Source of the DNA: an uncultured virus (IMG/VR IMGVR_UViG_2061766007_000575)
Taxonomy: Duplodnaviria > Heunggongvirae > Uroviricota > Caudoviricetes
DNA: 58,636 bases
IMG/VR virus record: IMGVR_UViG_2061766007_000575
Strand: one strand, 5' to 3'
Shown: one piece after another, positions 18,134-28,377 of the stretch
How the letters are laid out: every line of letters begins with the position of its first letter
Numbering within the stretch: position 1 is the first letter of the stretch
Program-made: the position numbers and the translations under genes
Notes under the pieces: model-generated
Told to the model about the DNA's origin: nothing
The model's input: only the letters and a program-made list of their open reading frames with translations
Databases searched by the model: none

Positions 18134-20128
18134 ATGGCTATTGAAGTTCCTGCGGTAGCAGGTAAAATTATAAATTTGGGGCGCGCAGGTGAAAATTTAG
18201 CCACCACTGTCGTCTTTGATGTGAGTAGTTGGATTGAAGAGTTTGGGGCGAATGGGACTTTTAGCTTATTTGTTCAACAAGGGACAAATGAATACTATTT
18301 ACAAACTGTGACTGGTCCTTTAAATGGAAAAGTTAAATGGAATATTACTAATAATAATACAGCGATAGTTGGTCTTGGAAAATGTGAATTAAGCTATACA
18401 AAAACTAGCGGCCAAGATGATATTGTAGTAAAATCAATGATCTATGATATTATGGTTACTAATGCTTTAGATATTGGAGAAGAGGGTGAAATGCCTGATC
18501 CAATTCAAAGTTGGATAAATGAAGCCAATGAAGTTCTGGCTGAAGTTCAAGATACAGCCGATTGGGTAGTTGGACCTGGAGGCACTCCAGTTGAGCCTTC
18601 TTCTACTAATAATGCTCAATATTATATGGGCCAAGCTTCTGGTTTTGCAACAGCAGCTAATAGTGCGAAAAATGATGCGGTATCAGCAAAAAATAGTGCG
18701 GTATCAGCGAAAAATGATGCAGTATCAGCAAAAACTGCGGCAGAAACCGCGGAAAATAATATAAAAAGTTTAAATGGTACTCAAACTGTTATAGAAACAA
18801 ATGCAGGAGCTAATCCTTCGGTAACTCTTAATACTTCTACGACCCCTTATAAGTTTGAATTTACTCTTCCAAAAGGAAGTCAGTGGTTTACTGGAACTGG
18901 AAATCCCACAACAATTAGTGGAGCAAAAACAAATGATTATTATTTAAATACTACTAATGGACAAATTTGGAAATGTACAAATAATAACGGTGGTAGTTGG
19001 AGTAGTGTTGGTAATATAAAAGGAACTTCTGGCGATAATGCACCGGAAATAACAAATATAGCGATAAATCAGAGTAATTATCATATGATTATTACTTTAT
19101 CAGATGGTAGTTCTTATGATGCAGGTTATTGTCGTGGGACTCCAGGTCAAGATGGTACTGGTGCAGGTACTGTAACTAGCGTTGGGATTAGTAATGCTAC
19201 CAATGGTGGATTAACAGTAAGCGGTGGACCTATTATAAATAGTGGTACTATTACAGTTGGACATACAAATATTTTAACAAGTGCTCAAGATACTCAAGCA
19301 GTATACCCAATTAAAATAGACAAAAATGGTCATATAAAAGCTTACGGTAGTGCAGTAACTATACCTACAGCTGCTGATACTGCGCCTTTAATGGATAGTG
19401 CAACTGCAGTAGTAGGTACAAGTACAGACTATGCTCGTGAGGATCACGTTCACCCTACTGATACTAGTAGAGCCGCATCGAGTCATACACATGGTAATAT
19501 TACAAGTAGTGGTGATATTACTGCGACTGCTCCTACTATAGCAAGTGGAGACCAAATTATTATTAATGATCACAGCGCAAGTAAGATAACAAATGGTCCA
19601 ACTTTTGACGGTAGTACAACAACTAAATATTTATCACAAAAAGGAACATGGGAAAGTATTCCAAGTGTACCATCTCCTGCTGACGCTATGCCTTTAATGG
19701 ATGGTAGCACTGGTGCGGTTGGCACAAGTACTGATTATGCAAGAGAAGATCATAAACATCCTTCTGATACAAATAAGCAAGATAAAATAACTGCTTCAGG
19801 TATTCTTAAAGGTAATGGATCTGGCACAGTTAATGCGGCGACGGCAGGAACAGATTATATTGCTCCACCTTCTTCACCATCTAATGGAAATGTTCTTACC
19901 TATAATGGAACAAATTGGGTAGCATCCGCGCCTGCTACTGGATTACCGAGCCAAACAGACAATTCTGGAAAATTTTTAACAACTAATGGTACTACTGCGA
20001 GTTGGGCAGCTTTAAGTGGAATAGTTAGTGCGCAAGGTAGTTCACCTGAAATAGTAAGTATTATGGCAGGAACTGATGATCCTAGTACTTTATCACAAGG
20101 TGTAGTTTATTTAGTATATGAGGAATAA
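18134..20128 (+). CDS. Tail fibre protein
   Basis: BppU-like N-terminus, AVSAKN repeats, two GTSTDYAREDH repeats, LPSQT..SGKFLTTNGT repeat. Confidence 0.8.
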   Translation: MAIEVPAVAGKIINLGRAGENLATTVVFDVSSWIEEFGANGTFSLFVQQGTNEYYLQTVTGPLNGKVKWNITNNNTAIVGLGKCELSYTKTSGQDDIVVKSMIYDIMVTNALDIGEEGEMPDPIQSWINEANEVLAEVQDTADWVVGPGGTPVEPSSTNNAQYYMGQASGFATAANSAKNDAVSAKNSAVSAKNDAVSAKTAAETAENNIKSLNGTQTVIETNAGANPSVTLNTSTTPYKFEFTLPKGSQWFTGTGNPTTISGAKTNDYYLNTTNGQIWKCTNNNGGSWSSVGNIKGTSGDNAPEITNIAINQSNYHMIITLSDGSSYDAGYCRGTPGQDGTGAGTVTSVGISNATNGGLTVSGGPIINSGTITVGHTNILTSAQDTQAVYPIKIDKNGHIKAYGSAVTIPTAADTAPLMDSATAVVGTSTDYAREDHVHPTDTSRAASSHTHGNITSSGDITATAPTIASGDQIIINDHSASKITNGPTFDGSTTTKYLSQKGTWESIPSVPSPADAMPLMDGSTGAVGTSTDYAREDHKHPSDTNKQDKITASGILKGNGSGTVNAATAGTDYIAPPSSPSNGNVLTYNGTNWVASAPATGLPSQTDNSGKFLTTNGTTASWAALSGIVSAQGSSPEIVSIMAGTDDPSTLSQGVVYLVYEE

Positions 20129-20131
20129 AAA

Positions 20132-21784
20132 ATGAGTATTTATTTAGGAGTTTCCGTTTATGGAACGGCTTTAACCGATTTACTTAATAACAATAATACT
20201 TGGACTGTACAAAATGGCACTTTAACTGAAATTAGCGGGGAAGGGTGTTATCAATTAACAGCTTCTTCAACTAATACTTGCTACAGTTATAAAAATTTAA
20301 ACGCACCGGTTCCTCCGTCTGGAATAGGAACTGCTGGAAACACACAATATCTCTATGCTCGAGCGAAAGTTTGGTCTAATACTTCTAATACTGGGTATCC
20401 ATTATTTTCAGATTTTTATTATACTAGTAGCAGTAGTAGTAGTGGTACATCAGGTAGAATAACTCAAAGTTACATCGTAGGAGAAACTACTGCTATAGAC
20501 GCAACCTTTCCAAAGGGAAGATGGTGTACTATAAGTTGTATTATACCTACCTATTTAGGATCTACTGGATATAGGGAAGCTGCAGTTGGCGTGCAAATGT
20601 ATAAAAATGCAAAAAATGATTATATAAAATTTAAAGATCTTTTTTGTGTAGAGGTTACTTCCCTATTTAATGGTGTACCTACTAGACAAGAATGTGATAA
20701 AAAAATTAGTTTTTATAATAATAATGTATATTTAGAAAATGATAATGGTACAACTACTATTTTAAATAATAAATTAATAACTAATATATATATTGGTAAT
20801 TCTAATAATACTGCTAAAAGAGTTATATCAGGATATATTGGAGATGTAAATAATACTCCAAAAATATTTTTTGATAATCGTGGAGTAAAGAAATTTTTTG
20901 AAAGTCTTGCTGTGGTAACTGATATTAGTAGAAATAGAACTGCTGCAAGCTCTTTATCATTAACTTATTCTGATTATACTTCAGGATTATATTATTTATT
21001 TTCAGTATATTACGGTCGATTAAAACTTTATAAAGTAAAAAATGATACATTAACTTTAACCCCACTTAATACCCCAGGAACTGAGGGTAGTGTATATAAA
21101 AGGACACTTTACTCTACTTGGAATTTATCTACAGATGGTTCTAGCGTTGCTTCAGTTTATGGAGGAGCCTTGGTTTTAACTACTTCTAATCTTTCTGAAG
21201 ATTACATTGATTCTTTATTAGAAAATATTGTTACTTATCCACTAAATGGATATGATTATTCTCAACTTGCAACAGTAAGCTATATTACTCAAAATTCTGC
21301 AATAAATTACTTTTTACCAGTTAGATTTGGAAATATAGGAGATACTGGTAGTGTTTCAAACCGCACAGGTTTTTCGCTTTGGGATAAAAATGGGAATAAA
21401 ATCATGCAATTAAATAATAGTTATTTAGGTGCCACTTATTCAAATGGTACCTTAAGCATAGGAGATGTATATGGAGGAAGCATTATTGGTTTTAGAGAAG
21501 TATTTACTTATAAGACAGCTAAAATAAAAACTTCAGCCAATGGTACACCAATTGACTTTTATTTTCCAGCTGGAGAAACTTGGAATCTTTTTGTTATTAG
21601 TAGTGTAAATTCAGATAGCTTGTTTGCTTTTGAAACTTCTACGTTTGGACAAACCAGTAGTAGCGATAGATTAAAATATAACGGAACTGTTGTTAAATAT
21701 AATAATTCTAATATAACACGAGGAAGTTATGCTGAAATTCAAGAATTTGATGCAACAACACAAAATTATTATACTACTTATTAA
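20132..21784 (+). CDS. Putative fibre tip / receptor-binding protein
   Basis: Ser/Thr/Asn/Tyr-rich beta-type protein in fibre cluster. Confidence 0.55.
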   Translation: MSIYLGVSVYGTALTDLLNNNNTWTVQNGTLTEISGEGCYQLTASSTNTCYSYKNLNAPVPPSGIGTAGNTQYLYARAKVWSNTSNTGYPLFSDFYYTSSSSSSGTSGRITQSYIVGETTAIDATFPKGRWCTISCIIPTYLGSTGYREAAVGVQMYKNAKNDYIKFKDLFCVEVTSLFNGVPTRQECDKKISFYNNNVYLENDNGTTTILNNKLITNIYIGNSNNTAKRVISGYIGDVNNTPKIFFDNRGVKKFFESLAVVTDISRNRTAASSLSLTYSDYTSGLYYLFSVYYGRLKLYKVKNDTLTLTPLNTPGTEGSVYKRTLYSTWNLSTDGSSVASVYGGALVLTTSNLSEDYIDSLLENIVTYPLNGYDYSQLATVSYITQNSAINYFLPVRFGNIGDTGSVSNRTGFSLWDKNGNKIMQLNNSYLGATYSNGTLSIGDVYGGSIIGFREVFTYKTAKIKTSANGTPIDFYFPAGETWNLFVISSVNSDSLFAFETSTFGQTSSSDRLKYNGTVVKYNNSNITRGSYAEIQEFDATTQNYYTTY

Positions 21785-21811
21785 AAAACTAACAATGGGG
21801 GGTGAGTCAAA

Positions 21812-22153
21812 ATGGTCGAATGTTGCAAAAAACCGAAACCTCAATCAATTCGAAGGGCAACAACACCCAAACAAACTTTTACACTTGATTTAGAAAATGT
21901 TGCAGATCTTTCAGAAATTTTAATTACCTACGCGCAGCGAGGCATTATTATGATTGAGCGTACAAAGGACTCTATGACAATTGAAGATAATAAAGTTTCA
22001 TTCCGGTTAACACAAGAAGAAACACTTTCTCTTCGGGACAATATCCCAGTTGAAATTCAAGTAAGAGTTTTTACCTCTGATAACAATGCACTCGCCAGTG
22101 ATATTTTTGAGGTTTCAGTCGGGCGGGTTCTTGATGATGAGGTGTTTGAATGA
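21812..22153 (+). CDS. Baseplate/tail-associated protein
   Basis: IRRATTP..TF..., LTQEETL, VEIQVRV; context. Confidence 0.55.
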   Translation: MVECCKKPKPQSIRRATTPKQTFTLDLENVADLSEILITYAQRGIIMIERTKDSMTIEDNKVSFRLTQEETLSLRDNIPVEIQVRVFTSDNNALASDIFEVSVGRVLDDEVFE

Positions 22154-22452
22154 AGCTGAAAGTTAAATTTGATACAGAAAATGATTTAAGGTTTTGTTTT
22201 AATGGAGATAATGATTTTGGACTCGATATGGGTTCAGTTATTGAAATAAAAGAAAATGACCATGACAAGTTAATTAATAGGGACTTGCCAGACCAACACC
22301 CAATTAGTGCGATAACTGGATTACAGGATATATTGAATAATGTTCCTTTAACGAGTGATCTCGCGCCCGTTGCGTTTTCAGGTGCTGCTGAAGATTTAAT
22401 TTGGCCTGAACCATTAATACTTTATTGCGGCACTGCCACGGAGGTAGTTTGA
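22150..22452 (+). CDS. Tail-associated protein
   Basis: HDKLINRDLPDQHPISAITGL, LAPVAFSG motifs common in fibre proteins. Confidence 0.6.
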   Translation: MKLKVKFDTENDLRFCFNGDNDFGLDMGSVIEIKENDHDKLINRDLPDQHPISAITGLQDILNNVPLTSDLAPVAFSGAAEDLIWPEPLILYCGTATEVV

Positions 22453-22835
22453 TGGTTGATGCAAGAATTAGATTAAAACGAGATACTACTGCAAATTGGA
22501 ATAATGCGAGAGGATTTGTTCCAATGGCGGGCGAGGTCATAATTTATGATGACTATCAAGTAAAAACTTGGCAAGTTGAAGAATATGGAGAAATAGTTAC
22601 AAAAACTGAAAATATTCCAGGAATTAAAATTGGAGATGGGCAAGCTTATGTACAAGACTTGCCATTTGTTGATAAAGATCTAAGAGAAAAATTAATGAAT
22701 CATATTAATAATATTGATATTCATACCACATTAGCTGAAAAAGCTTTTTGGAATAATAAAGTAAATGTTGATGATGCTTACGAGCAGATTCACGATGAAC
22801 TCGAAGATGAAACCTTAATTATAAATAGAAACTAA
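22452..22835 (+). CDS. Mtd-N/hyaluronidase N-terminal-like fibre protein
   Basis: RIRLKRDTTANW....P..GE...KIGDG....DLPF. Confidence 0.7.
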   Translation: MVDARIRLKRDTTANWNNARGFVPMAGEVIIYDDYQVKTWQVEEYGEIVTKTENIPGIKIGDGQAYVQDLPFVDKDLREKLMNHINNIDIHTTLAEKAFWNNKVNVDDAYEQIHDELEDETLIINRN

Positions 22836-22853
22836 AGGAGGAAGAGATACTAA

Positions 22854-24452
22854 ATGGCAGATATTAGTAAAATAACCTTGCCATCTGGCAATACTTATGA
22901 TATTAAAGACGCTGTCGCACGTGCTGCTATTGCGGGCGGTGTATCATTTATTATTGCTTGGGATGGAACTTCTACTCCAGTTGTTGCAGATATTCCAGCT
23001 GGTGTGGTAGTTAAATATAATAATGTTGATTATACTGGTACTTTAAGTGCTGACAATGCAGTAGTTGGCGCCTTCTATTTGGTTAAATCAGCAACTCAAA
23101 TAGGACTTGATGTTTATGATGAATATGTACCAGTAGGAACAACACCAAAATCTTGGGAGAAAATTGGTGATACTCAATTAGATTTAACTGATGTTGTTAC
23201 TAATGTTACTTTAAATAAACAGACTGATACAGTTATTGGTTCTGATGCAACTTTTACTATAACTCAACCAACAATTGCTTTATCTACTGGCGCGACAGCT
23301 GGAAGCGGAGTTATTAGTGTTGCTACCGGAATTAGTTCAGTAACTCAACCGACAGTTAATTTATCGGCTGAAAATTCATCTGCTACTGGTCGCGCTCAAT
23401 TCGTACAAAGTCTAAATACTAGAAGAATAGGAGCTAGAGCAGATGGTGTAGGTGTTGATTGGTCTTCAAAAGATCAAAAAACAGTTCTCACTGGTGTTCA
23501 AGTTACTGCCCAACCAACAGTAACTTTAAGTGGTAGCGCTTCTGGTACTGGACCTACTTATGTAGAAGCTCAAGGTACTGCTACAACTACAAAAATTAAA
23601 GCAACTGCAGATATTACAGGAAAAACAGGTAGTGCGGCGAGTTCAGTTACTCCAACCACAAAAAAATTAGTAACAACAACTATTACTGGAGTAAGTGGAA
23701 GCACTAATATTACTCCAGTTGAATCAAGAACTTCGCAAACAACTGCAACTGGTGGATGGACTGCTGTTACCGCTAGTTCAACAGATGGTAATAGTAATGG
23801 AAATCCTGATGTTAATGAAAATTTATTAGCAAATATCAGCGTAAGTAATGAAACATTAACAATAGGAGCCGCTACTTTAAATACACAGACAACCTATTCA
23901 GCCGGTGCACCAAGAGCAAGCTTAGCTGTTCCTACTGCCGCGGGAAGCGCGACAAGAGTCGCAACCGGTAGTGTTAATACAACAGATTCTAATGGTGCAG
24001 ATATAGTTACCGATGTAGCAGTTGGGGATACAATTACTGTTGTTACAGCAGCGCCAACTGTTACAATTTCTAGTGGTTCAACTGGTGATATTACTGTTGC
24101 TACTGGAATTGGTGCAGCAACTACAAAATACTTAAGTGCAACTGCAACTGGAACTACTGTTGGGGCAGCTCCAAATGGAACCGCAGAAGTAATTGGTAGT
24201 AATGCAACATTTAGTGTCACACAACCTGATATTGAATTATATAAAGATGCCGATGAAGGCGTGGGCATTGAGATGGTTGATGGTGGTACAATTAAATATA
24301 TGGCGGCAACTGCTTCTGGCACTGCAGTTACACCAACAACAACTAATGTTAAGGCCACTGCTACCGGTGCGAATACTGCTTGGAATAATAAAGATCAAGT
24401 TACGGCTCTTACAAGTGCTACAGATGTGTCAGTTACAAAAGGTAATAGCTAA
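22854..24452 (+). CDS. Thr/Ala-rich fibre protein (variant 3' allele at 24544..24924)
   Basis: MADISKITLPS start, internal TQPT and KYM.A.A.GT repeats. Confidence 0.75.
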   Translation: MADISKITLPSGNTYDIKDAVARAAIAGGVSFIIAWDGTSTPVVADIPAGVVVKYNNVDYTGTLSADNAVVGAFYLVKSATQIGLDVYDEYVPVGTTPKSWEKIGDTQLDLTDVVTNVTLNKQTDTVIGSDATFTITQPTIALSTGATAGSGVISVATGISSVTQPTVNLSAENSSATGRAQFVQSLNTRRIGARADGVGVDWSSKDQKTVLTGVQVTAQPTVTLSGSASGTGPTYVEAQGTATTTKIKATADITGKTGSAASSVTPTTKKLVTTTITGVSGSTNITPVESRTSQTTATGGWTAVTASSTDGNSNGNPDVNENLLANISVSNETLTIGAATLNTQTTYSAGAPRASLAVPTAAGSATRVATGSVNTTDSNGADIVTDVAVGDTITVVTAAPTVTISSGSTGDITVATGIGAATTKYLSATATGTTVGAAPNGTAEVIGSNATFSVTQPDIELYKDADEGVGIEMVDGGTIKYMAATASGTAVTPTTTNVKATATGANTAWNNKDQVTALTSATDVSVTKGNS

Positions 24453-24943
24453 TTAATATGGGGGTGTGATTATGGCAGATATATCAAAAATCACCCTGCC
24501 TAGTAATGATGAATATAATATAAAAGATACTACNNNNNNNNNNGTTACAATTTCTAGTGGTTCTACTGGTGATGTCACTGTTGCTACTGGAATAGGTAAT
24601 GCAACGACAAAATATATGAGCGCAAGTGCAAGTGGTACTACGGTTGGTTCTAATGGAACAGCAACTGTTATCGGTTCAAGCTCAACATTTACTGTAACAC
24701 AGCCAACAGTTACATTAGCTACTGATGCAAATGGTGATATTACAATTGCAACAGGCGGAACAACTAAATATATGGCAGCAACTGCTTCTGGCACTGCAGT
24801 TACACCAACAACAACTAATGTTAAGGCTACTGCAACTGGCGCGAATACTGCTTGGAATAATAAAGATCAAGTTACTGTTCTCACAAATGCTACAGATGTT
24901 TCTGTTACAAAAGGCAATAGCTAATTAAGCAGGGGGTGTAATT

Positions 24944-25942
24944 ATGGCAGATATTTCAAAAATCACCCTGCCTAGTAATGATGAATATAATATAAAAGAT
25001 ACTACTGCAAGGGCAGGTCTTGCTACTAAGCAAGACACCCTCGTCAGTGGGACTAATATAAAAACAATTAATAATGAGTCTCTGCTTGGTTCTGGTAATA
25101 TTACAATCCAGGGAGGCGGAGACTCATTACCGGATCAAACGGGACATAGCGGAGACATTCTTACAACTAACGGTACGGCCGCCAGCTGGATGGATGTGTC
25201 TGAGGCTTCTTCAGTTAGTATTGATACTTCTATTAGTTCTAGTTCGACAGATAATACTATTCCTTCATCAAAAGCTGTATGGGATGCACTTTCTAATGTA
25301 GATGCTTTACCAGATCAGACAGGACATAGTGGAGAATACCTCACTACAACTGGATCAACTTCATATTGGGCTAATTTACCAAAGGAAATATTTTGGTGTG
25401 CTTATGGTTCAACTAGTTTTTTAGAAATTCAAGAAGCTTTCCAATCTTTTAATCAACTCTGTACTTTAGATTATCTAGGTAAAATATATATTTATACATA
25501 TGGAGATTATGGAAATTATAGTTATCACTATTTTATTAATGTTACCGGTAATGAAATTAATAAAATAACAGTAAGTGATGAGAATTCATGGTCTGGACCC
25601 GTTTCAACAACAATTGATAGTCTTCCTTCTCAAACAGGAAATTCTGGAAAATATCTTACAACTAATGGAACAGCTGCAAGCTGGGGAGCGGCTTCTGCAA
25701 CTAGTACAAAGTCTATAGATAGTTCTCCAACTAGTGCGAGTTCTAATTTAGTTACTAGTGGTGGTGTTTATACTGCTATTAACAACAAAGTTAATAGAAC
25801 AACTGCAGTTAATGTGGCGGACACTAATTATACTACATTAATGGCACGAGGGGTTAAATTAATGGATGCAACTTCATATGATGCAGTAAGTGATTGGAGT
25901 TCTGAATTGGTAAATGGCGCGATTGCTTGGAGGTATGAGTAG
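24944..25942 (+). CDS. Fibre protein
   Basis: MADISKITLPS start, KQDTLVSGTNIKTIN, three LP.QTG.SG..LTT.G repeats. Confidence 0.75.
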   Translation: MADISKITLPSNDEYNIKDTTARAGLATKQDTLVSGTNIKTINNESLLGSGNITIQGGGDSLPDQTGHSGDILTTNGTAASWMDVSEASSVSIDTSISSSSTDNTIPSSKAVWDALSNVDALPDQTGHSGEYLTTTGSTSYWANLPKEIFWCAYGSTSFLEIQEAFQSFNQLCTLDYLGKIYIYTYGDYGNYSYHYFINVTGNEINKITVSDENSWSGPVSTTIDSLPSQTGNSGKYLTTNGTAASWGAASATSTKSIDSSPTSASSNLVTSGGVYTAINNKVNRTTAVNVADTNYTTLMARGVKLMDATSYDAVSDWSSELVNGAIAWRYE

Positions 25943-26826
25943 TGAGTTTAGTTTTAGAAAAAACAAGTGTTACTGGATATACTTTAAGATACACTTTAAC
26001 AAGTAATATTTCTGCACATTATACCTCTATAAGTAGTGAACCAACTCAGTTTTATAATACAGCTAGTTGGTCTCTTTTAAATTCTGGAAATTTAGTAAAA
26101 TTAGATGGTGATGTACTTGTTGAATTAACATGTAGTGTAACAGTTCAAGATGGAGTAACCGGCGAAGCTGGTGTAGAATTTAATATATCTAATAATGGAG
26201 CAACAAGAGCTATTGGTAATGATTGTTATGAATTTAATGGTGATGGTAAAGTTGCTTATGGAAGAAGATATTTTTGGTTAAAAGATGGATATAAATATCA
26301 ATTTAATATGACGGGTACGGGAACACAAGGAAAATGGAGGACCGTTCTTGTTACTATAACTACAAATGAACTTCAAGATTTTCTTGGAAAAACAATGATT
26401 AATGGAACTTCTTATTCAATTACTCAAGGAATTACCGTAATTAATGGAATTGCTTATACTATTAATAAAGGCAAATTTAAAACTGGTGGAACTGTATATT
26501 CAACAGGGGCAGTAGCTGGGAATCAACTTCAAAAAACTGTTCCTGTTACTATAAGTGGTATTGGTAATTATGCAGCAGTATATAGATTAGAACAACATCT
26601 TTCTTCTACATCTGTTCCAGTCGGTGAATTACTTGTGCTCCATATTTATAGTGAAAATAGAAATGGCAGTGGATATATATATGTTAATAATGTATCAAAA
26701 TTACATGTAACTGGATTTTATCAATATTATTATTATTATTATATTCCATATGATGTTTCAAGTATATCAATTACTTGTACTAATACTAGTTCACAAGGTA
26801 CAATTTATGTTACTGAAACAGCTTAA
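25942..26826 (+). CDS. Putative fibre tip protein
   Basis: Coupled to upstream gene; beta-rich. Confidence 0.55.
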   Translation: MSLVLEKTSVTGYTLRYTLTSNISAHYTSISSEPTQFYNTASWSLLNSGNLVKLDGDVLVELTCSVTVQDGVTGEAGVEFNISNNGATRAIGNDCYEFNGDGKVAYGRRYFWLKDGYKYQFNMTGTGTQGKWRTVLVTITTNELQDFLGKTMINGTSYSITQGITVINGIAYTINKGKFKTGGTVYSTGAVAGNQLQKTVPVTISGIGNYAAVYRLEQHLSSTSVPVGELLVLHIYSENRNGSGYIYVNNVSKLHVTGFYQYYYYYYIPYDVSSISITCTNTSSQGTIYVTETA

Positions 26827-26853
26827 AATAAATTTTAATAAGGAGGATTAGTA

Positions 26854-27183
26854 ATGATATATGTAAAAATTAATGATACACTTTTCCCTGCTTCAATTAG
26901 TGGTCGCATGAATGACCATGATTGGGGAGGAAGAAGTTCAAAAACAATTCGTCTTACAATGAGTGCAGCAAATGCAGCCTCTCTTTTTATAAATGACGTG
27001 CAATGGTCAATTGTAGAGGAATATGTTGATGATCAAGAACAAACAACTACGGTTGAATATGATAATTCGGAATATTGCGTAGCTGGTGACATTACAGATC
27101 ACCGTGATGGAACAGTTTCTGTAAAGATGGGTAAAGCTACTGATAGAGAATTAATTGAAATAATGACTGGAGGTAATCAATAA
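26854..27183 (+). CDS. Fibre-associated hypothetical protein
   Basis: AGGAGG RBS; GDITDHRDGTVSVKMGK. Confidence 0.65.
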   Translation: MIYVKINDTLFPASISGRMNDHDWGGRSSKTIRLTMSAANAASLFINDVQWSIVEEYVDDQEQTTTVEYDNSEYCVAGDITDHRDGTVSVKMGKATDRELIEIMTGGNQ

Positions 27184-27626
27184 TGACAAGAGCTGAGGCA
27201 ATTAGATTTAGAAATCAAATTAATACTGTTATTGAAACTCTTGACGACGAGGCTGCTTTAGAAGTTCCAGATTTATTCTTACCTTGGAGCGGCGCCGGAG
27301 TCCAGTATTATGGTCCAGACGATCCGAGTGGTAATCCACAATCTAGAGTTCATTATAATGCGACTCTTTATAAATGTATTACAACTCACATATCCCAAGA
27401 AGCTTGGAATCCTGTTGATGCTGCCAGTATTTGGGCGCGCATGGATAATCCAGCTGAAGAGTGGCCTGAGTGGGTACAGCCTCTTGGCCCACAAGATGCC
27501 TATGCATTTGGCGCGAAAGTAAGCCACAATAATAAACATTGGATTTCTAATTATGACGGAGCTAATGTTTGGGAACCAGGTGTCTATGGTTGGGATGAAG
27601 TTCCTATTAATGGAGAAGAAGAATAA
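27183..27626 (+). CDS. Trp-rich carbohydrate-binding (CBM5/12-like) fibre-associated protein
   Basis: LYKCITTHISQEAWNP, EWVQP....AY..GAKVSHN..HW.S, NVWEPGVYGW. Confidence 0.7.
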   Translation: MTRAEAIRFRNQINTVIETLDDEAALEVPDLFLPWSGAGVQYYGPDDPSGNPQSRVHYNATLYKCITTHISQEAWNPVDAASIWARMDNPAEEWPEWVQPLGPQDAYAFGAKVSHNNKHWISNYDGANVWEPGVYGWDEVPINGEEE

Positions 27627-27639
27627 TTAGGGTGATAAT

Positions 27640-28362
27640 ATGAGTTCTGTTTTAACCCTTAATGGAAATGTTTTAACAGCTAATAATTCAGCTTTAAATG
27701 GAGAAATTAGTACTGTAGCTTTACAACCAAATAAAGCATATACCGTGTCGTCCGGAGGTAGTATAACAATATCTCCGGACACCGGCTATGGTGCGATGGA
27801 AGAGGTAGCTCTAACTGTCCCTTCAAAATCTGCGGCAACTTATACTCCAACCACTTCAAATCAAACAATCGCCGCAGGTCAATGGTTAAGTGGTGCGCAG
27901 ACAATTGTGGGAGATGTGAATCTTACTTCTGAAAATATTAAAAAAGATGTAAGTATTTTTGGTATTCCAGGCTCCCTTCAAGCAGGAGTCCCGCGCCTAA
28001 TCACAAATGATACTTCTATAACTCCTTCTGGTACTTATGCAACTTCAACCTATTATAATACCACTTATGGAGTAAAAATTGGTTATATGTATGGCGGAAA
28101 TATTATCTTATCAATGCAAGGTGGTACTTCAACGTCATATGAGTACTTATATTTTCAACTTGGTACGGTTCCGTCAGGAGTAACTTTAGCAAATGTTTTC
28201 AATCCAACAGCTAGCTCTAGTTATGTAACAGGATATCCTGGTATTATTTACGCTTGTGTTATTTCTGGACTTACATCAACTGCAACAATGAGTATAGCTA
28301 TGAATGGTAGAAATGGTACTTATGACTATACTACTGTAACAATTAATATTACGGCTAGTTAA
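27640..28362 (+). CDS. Fibre/adhesin protein
   Basis: MSSVLTLNG start; TPTTSNQTI...NL..ENIKK..SIFG module. Confidence 0.7.
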   Translation: MSSVLTLNGNVLTANNSALNGEISTVALQPNKAYTVSSGGSITISPDTGYGAMEEVALTVPSKSAATYTPTTSNQTIAAGQWLSGAQTIVGDVNLTSENIKKDVSIFGIPGSLQAGVPRLITNDTSITPSGTYATSTYYNTTYGVKIGYMYGGNIILSMQGGTSTSYEYLYFQLGTVPSGVTLANVFNPTASSSYVTGYPGIIYACVISGLTSTATMSIAMNGRNGTYDYTTVTINITAS

Positions 28363-28377
28363 AAGGAGGGTGATTAA

